Shown here piece by piece: positions 62,574 through 64,000 of a stretch of DNA of 64,000 nucleotides; position 1 is the first letter of the stretch, and each line of letters begins with the position of its first letter. This stretch comes from the human T2T-CHM13v2.0 reference genome, Homo sapiens. The DNA lies in the NCBI RefSeq assembly GCF_009914755.1, contig NC_060937.1, one strand, 5' to 3'. A program made the translations under genes and the position numbers. The notes below the pieces were generated by a model that worked only from the letters and a program-made list of their open reading frames with translations, was not told where the DNA came from and did no database searches.

Positions 62574-63644
62574 CTACGAACTATTCAGTGCCAGTCCCTG
62601 TTGGAAGCAACTTCTTTTTCATCTATTCTTTGCCTTCAACTTTCCCCCTATTTGGCTCTTTGTGCATGTTTTTTATCTGACTACAGTTAACACACCCAGG
62701 TAGCAATATGGAAATGAAGACCTAGGTTCTACTCAATCCTGGCCACAGCTTTATTAGCTCTCTGGCCTTGAGTTAATTAAAGTCCTCAGTTGCAAAATGG
62801 AAACAATACCCTCCCTACAGAATGTTAAATGAGGCGACGTGTGCAAAAACATACTTTGTAAAATGTAAGTGCTGTAGAAATATCTTTGAATTCATCTGGC
62901 CATGGCACTCACCAGCTTAAAATTCTTCATTGGCTCCCCAGTGTCCTCAAGATTAAGGCCCCTGACCACGTGGTCCTTAGAGCCCTCCAGCCATAAGAAT
63001 CCAGTTCCCTATCCTCCTCACCCATGCACTTGCCCCTCAATCCTACATTCTAAAGTCTGGCCATATAGGCACTTCTCAAGTAGCTGGGCTTTTATTGCCA
63101 TTTAGGCCTTTTATTAGCAAACTGTTAGAACAGTAACATCCACACAGCCAAAAGCCCTCACTACACTCCCTTAGGTGGATGATGCCAATCTCTATGAGGA
63201 GCTGGGCAGCAGGAACCATTTTTTACCCACATCATGGTTTTCATCATCTTGGCAATTGTGTGTGCACTATATAGTGGCAATAAATAACAAATGCTTTGGA
63301 ATCAACTACAATTTGATAAATGTTTGTTTAATTACATTAAACTACAGGAATGATGCAGATAATATGGACCTGCGTCTTGTCAAGAATGAGTCTCACAGGT
63401 TTTTCTGGATGGTTGGTGCTTGCAGAATGAAAGGGCTTAGTCAGACCTTTTAGGGGTAACATTTGGTGGTTGGCGAAAGGAGGAGGTTGTATCTGACTGA
63501 GACATCTGGTCACCTCCTCTCCTTGGCAAAATGCAGAAGCAATGAGCCATTGCTACTCCTAAGAAGAACACCTGGATAGGCCAGTGTTCCTAGCTGGTGT
63601 ACTGGGAATGAGCCCATAAAATTCTTTATCATTATATTTTATTG

Positions 63645-63825
63645 CAGCGGTTCTCAATCTGAATCAGATTTTGCCCTCCAGGAGAAATTCACAATGTCTG
63701 GAGTTTTTCGGTTGCCTCAACTAGATGCTTGCTACTGGCAAGTTGGTAGGGACCTAGGTTGCTGCTAAACGTTCAACAATGCCCAGGAAGGTGGCAATAG
63801 TACTGAAGTTTTAGAAATCCTGTTT
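63645..63825. mobile_element. MER20 DNA transposon remnant
   Basis: cagcggttctcaa...attttgccctccagg...caatgtctggag...gctactggc...gctgctaaac. Confidence 0.6.
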
Positions 63826-64000
63826 TATAGGAATGTTGCTTTGGGCATTTGTTTTTCTTGGTTACAGGTGCTTTGTTGAGAATGCATCTTTTGTGTAAGT
63901 CACTGAATGGCTGTATAAAATACTCACAGCTCCCCAAACACAGGGATACTCCCTTTTACCTCTGCAACTTGGCACACACTGCATTGCACCTGCTGAGTTA

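Overview
Primate, very probably human, Alu-dense genomic DNA. From the genes I recognise it as the 13q14 SLC25A30 / RCN1-pseudogene region; that location is recalled, not computed. (1) SLC25A30 (KMCP1, mitochondrial carrier) is complete on the minus strand: CpG-island promoter near 59.5 kb, non-coding exon 1, nine coding exons that splice in frame to 876 nt (291 aa), and a 3' UTR to about 34.45 kb. Its last intron is U12-type. (2) A full-length processed RCN1 pseudogene (30415-32561, minus strand) has a poly(A) tail, a TSD and one frameshift, and sits inside an old L1 3' end. (3) There are many Alu, L1, L2, MaLR, MER4, LTR12 and DNA-transposon remnants. (4) The most unusual element is a 6.4-kb LTR-less composite array (18785-25178). 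Six ~600-bp copies of one HERV-E-like pol fragment (RT thumb/connection) alternate with blocks of a ~79-bp GC-rich, self-complementary satellite (about 30 full units). The satellite looks like a strongly AT->GC-shifted SATR1/2. The array has higher-order and mosaic structure, shared inactivating lesions, and two ends in the same repeat phase. Most ORFs in the supplied track are Alu- or repeat-derived noise. Repeat family names come from recalled consensus sequences, and most repeat boundaries are approximate.
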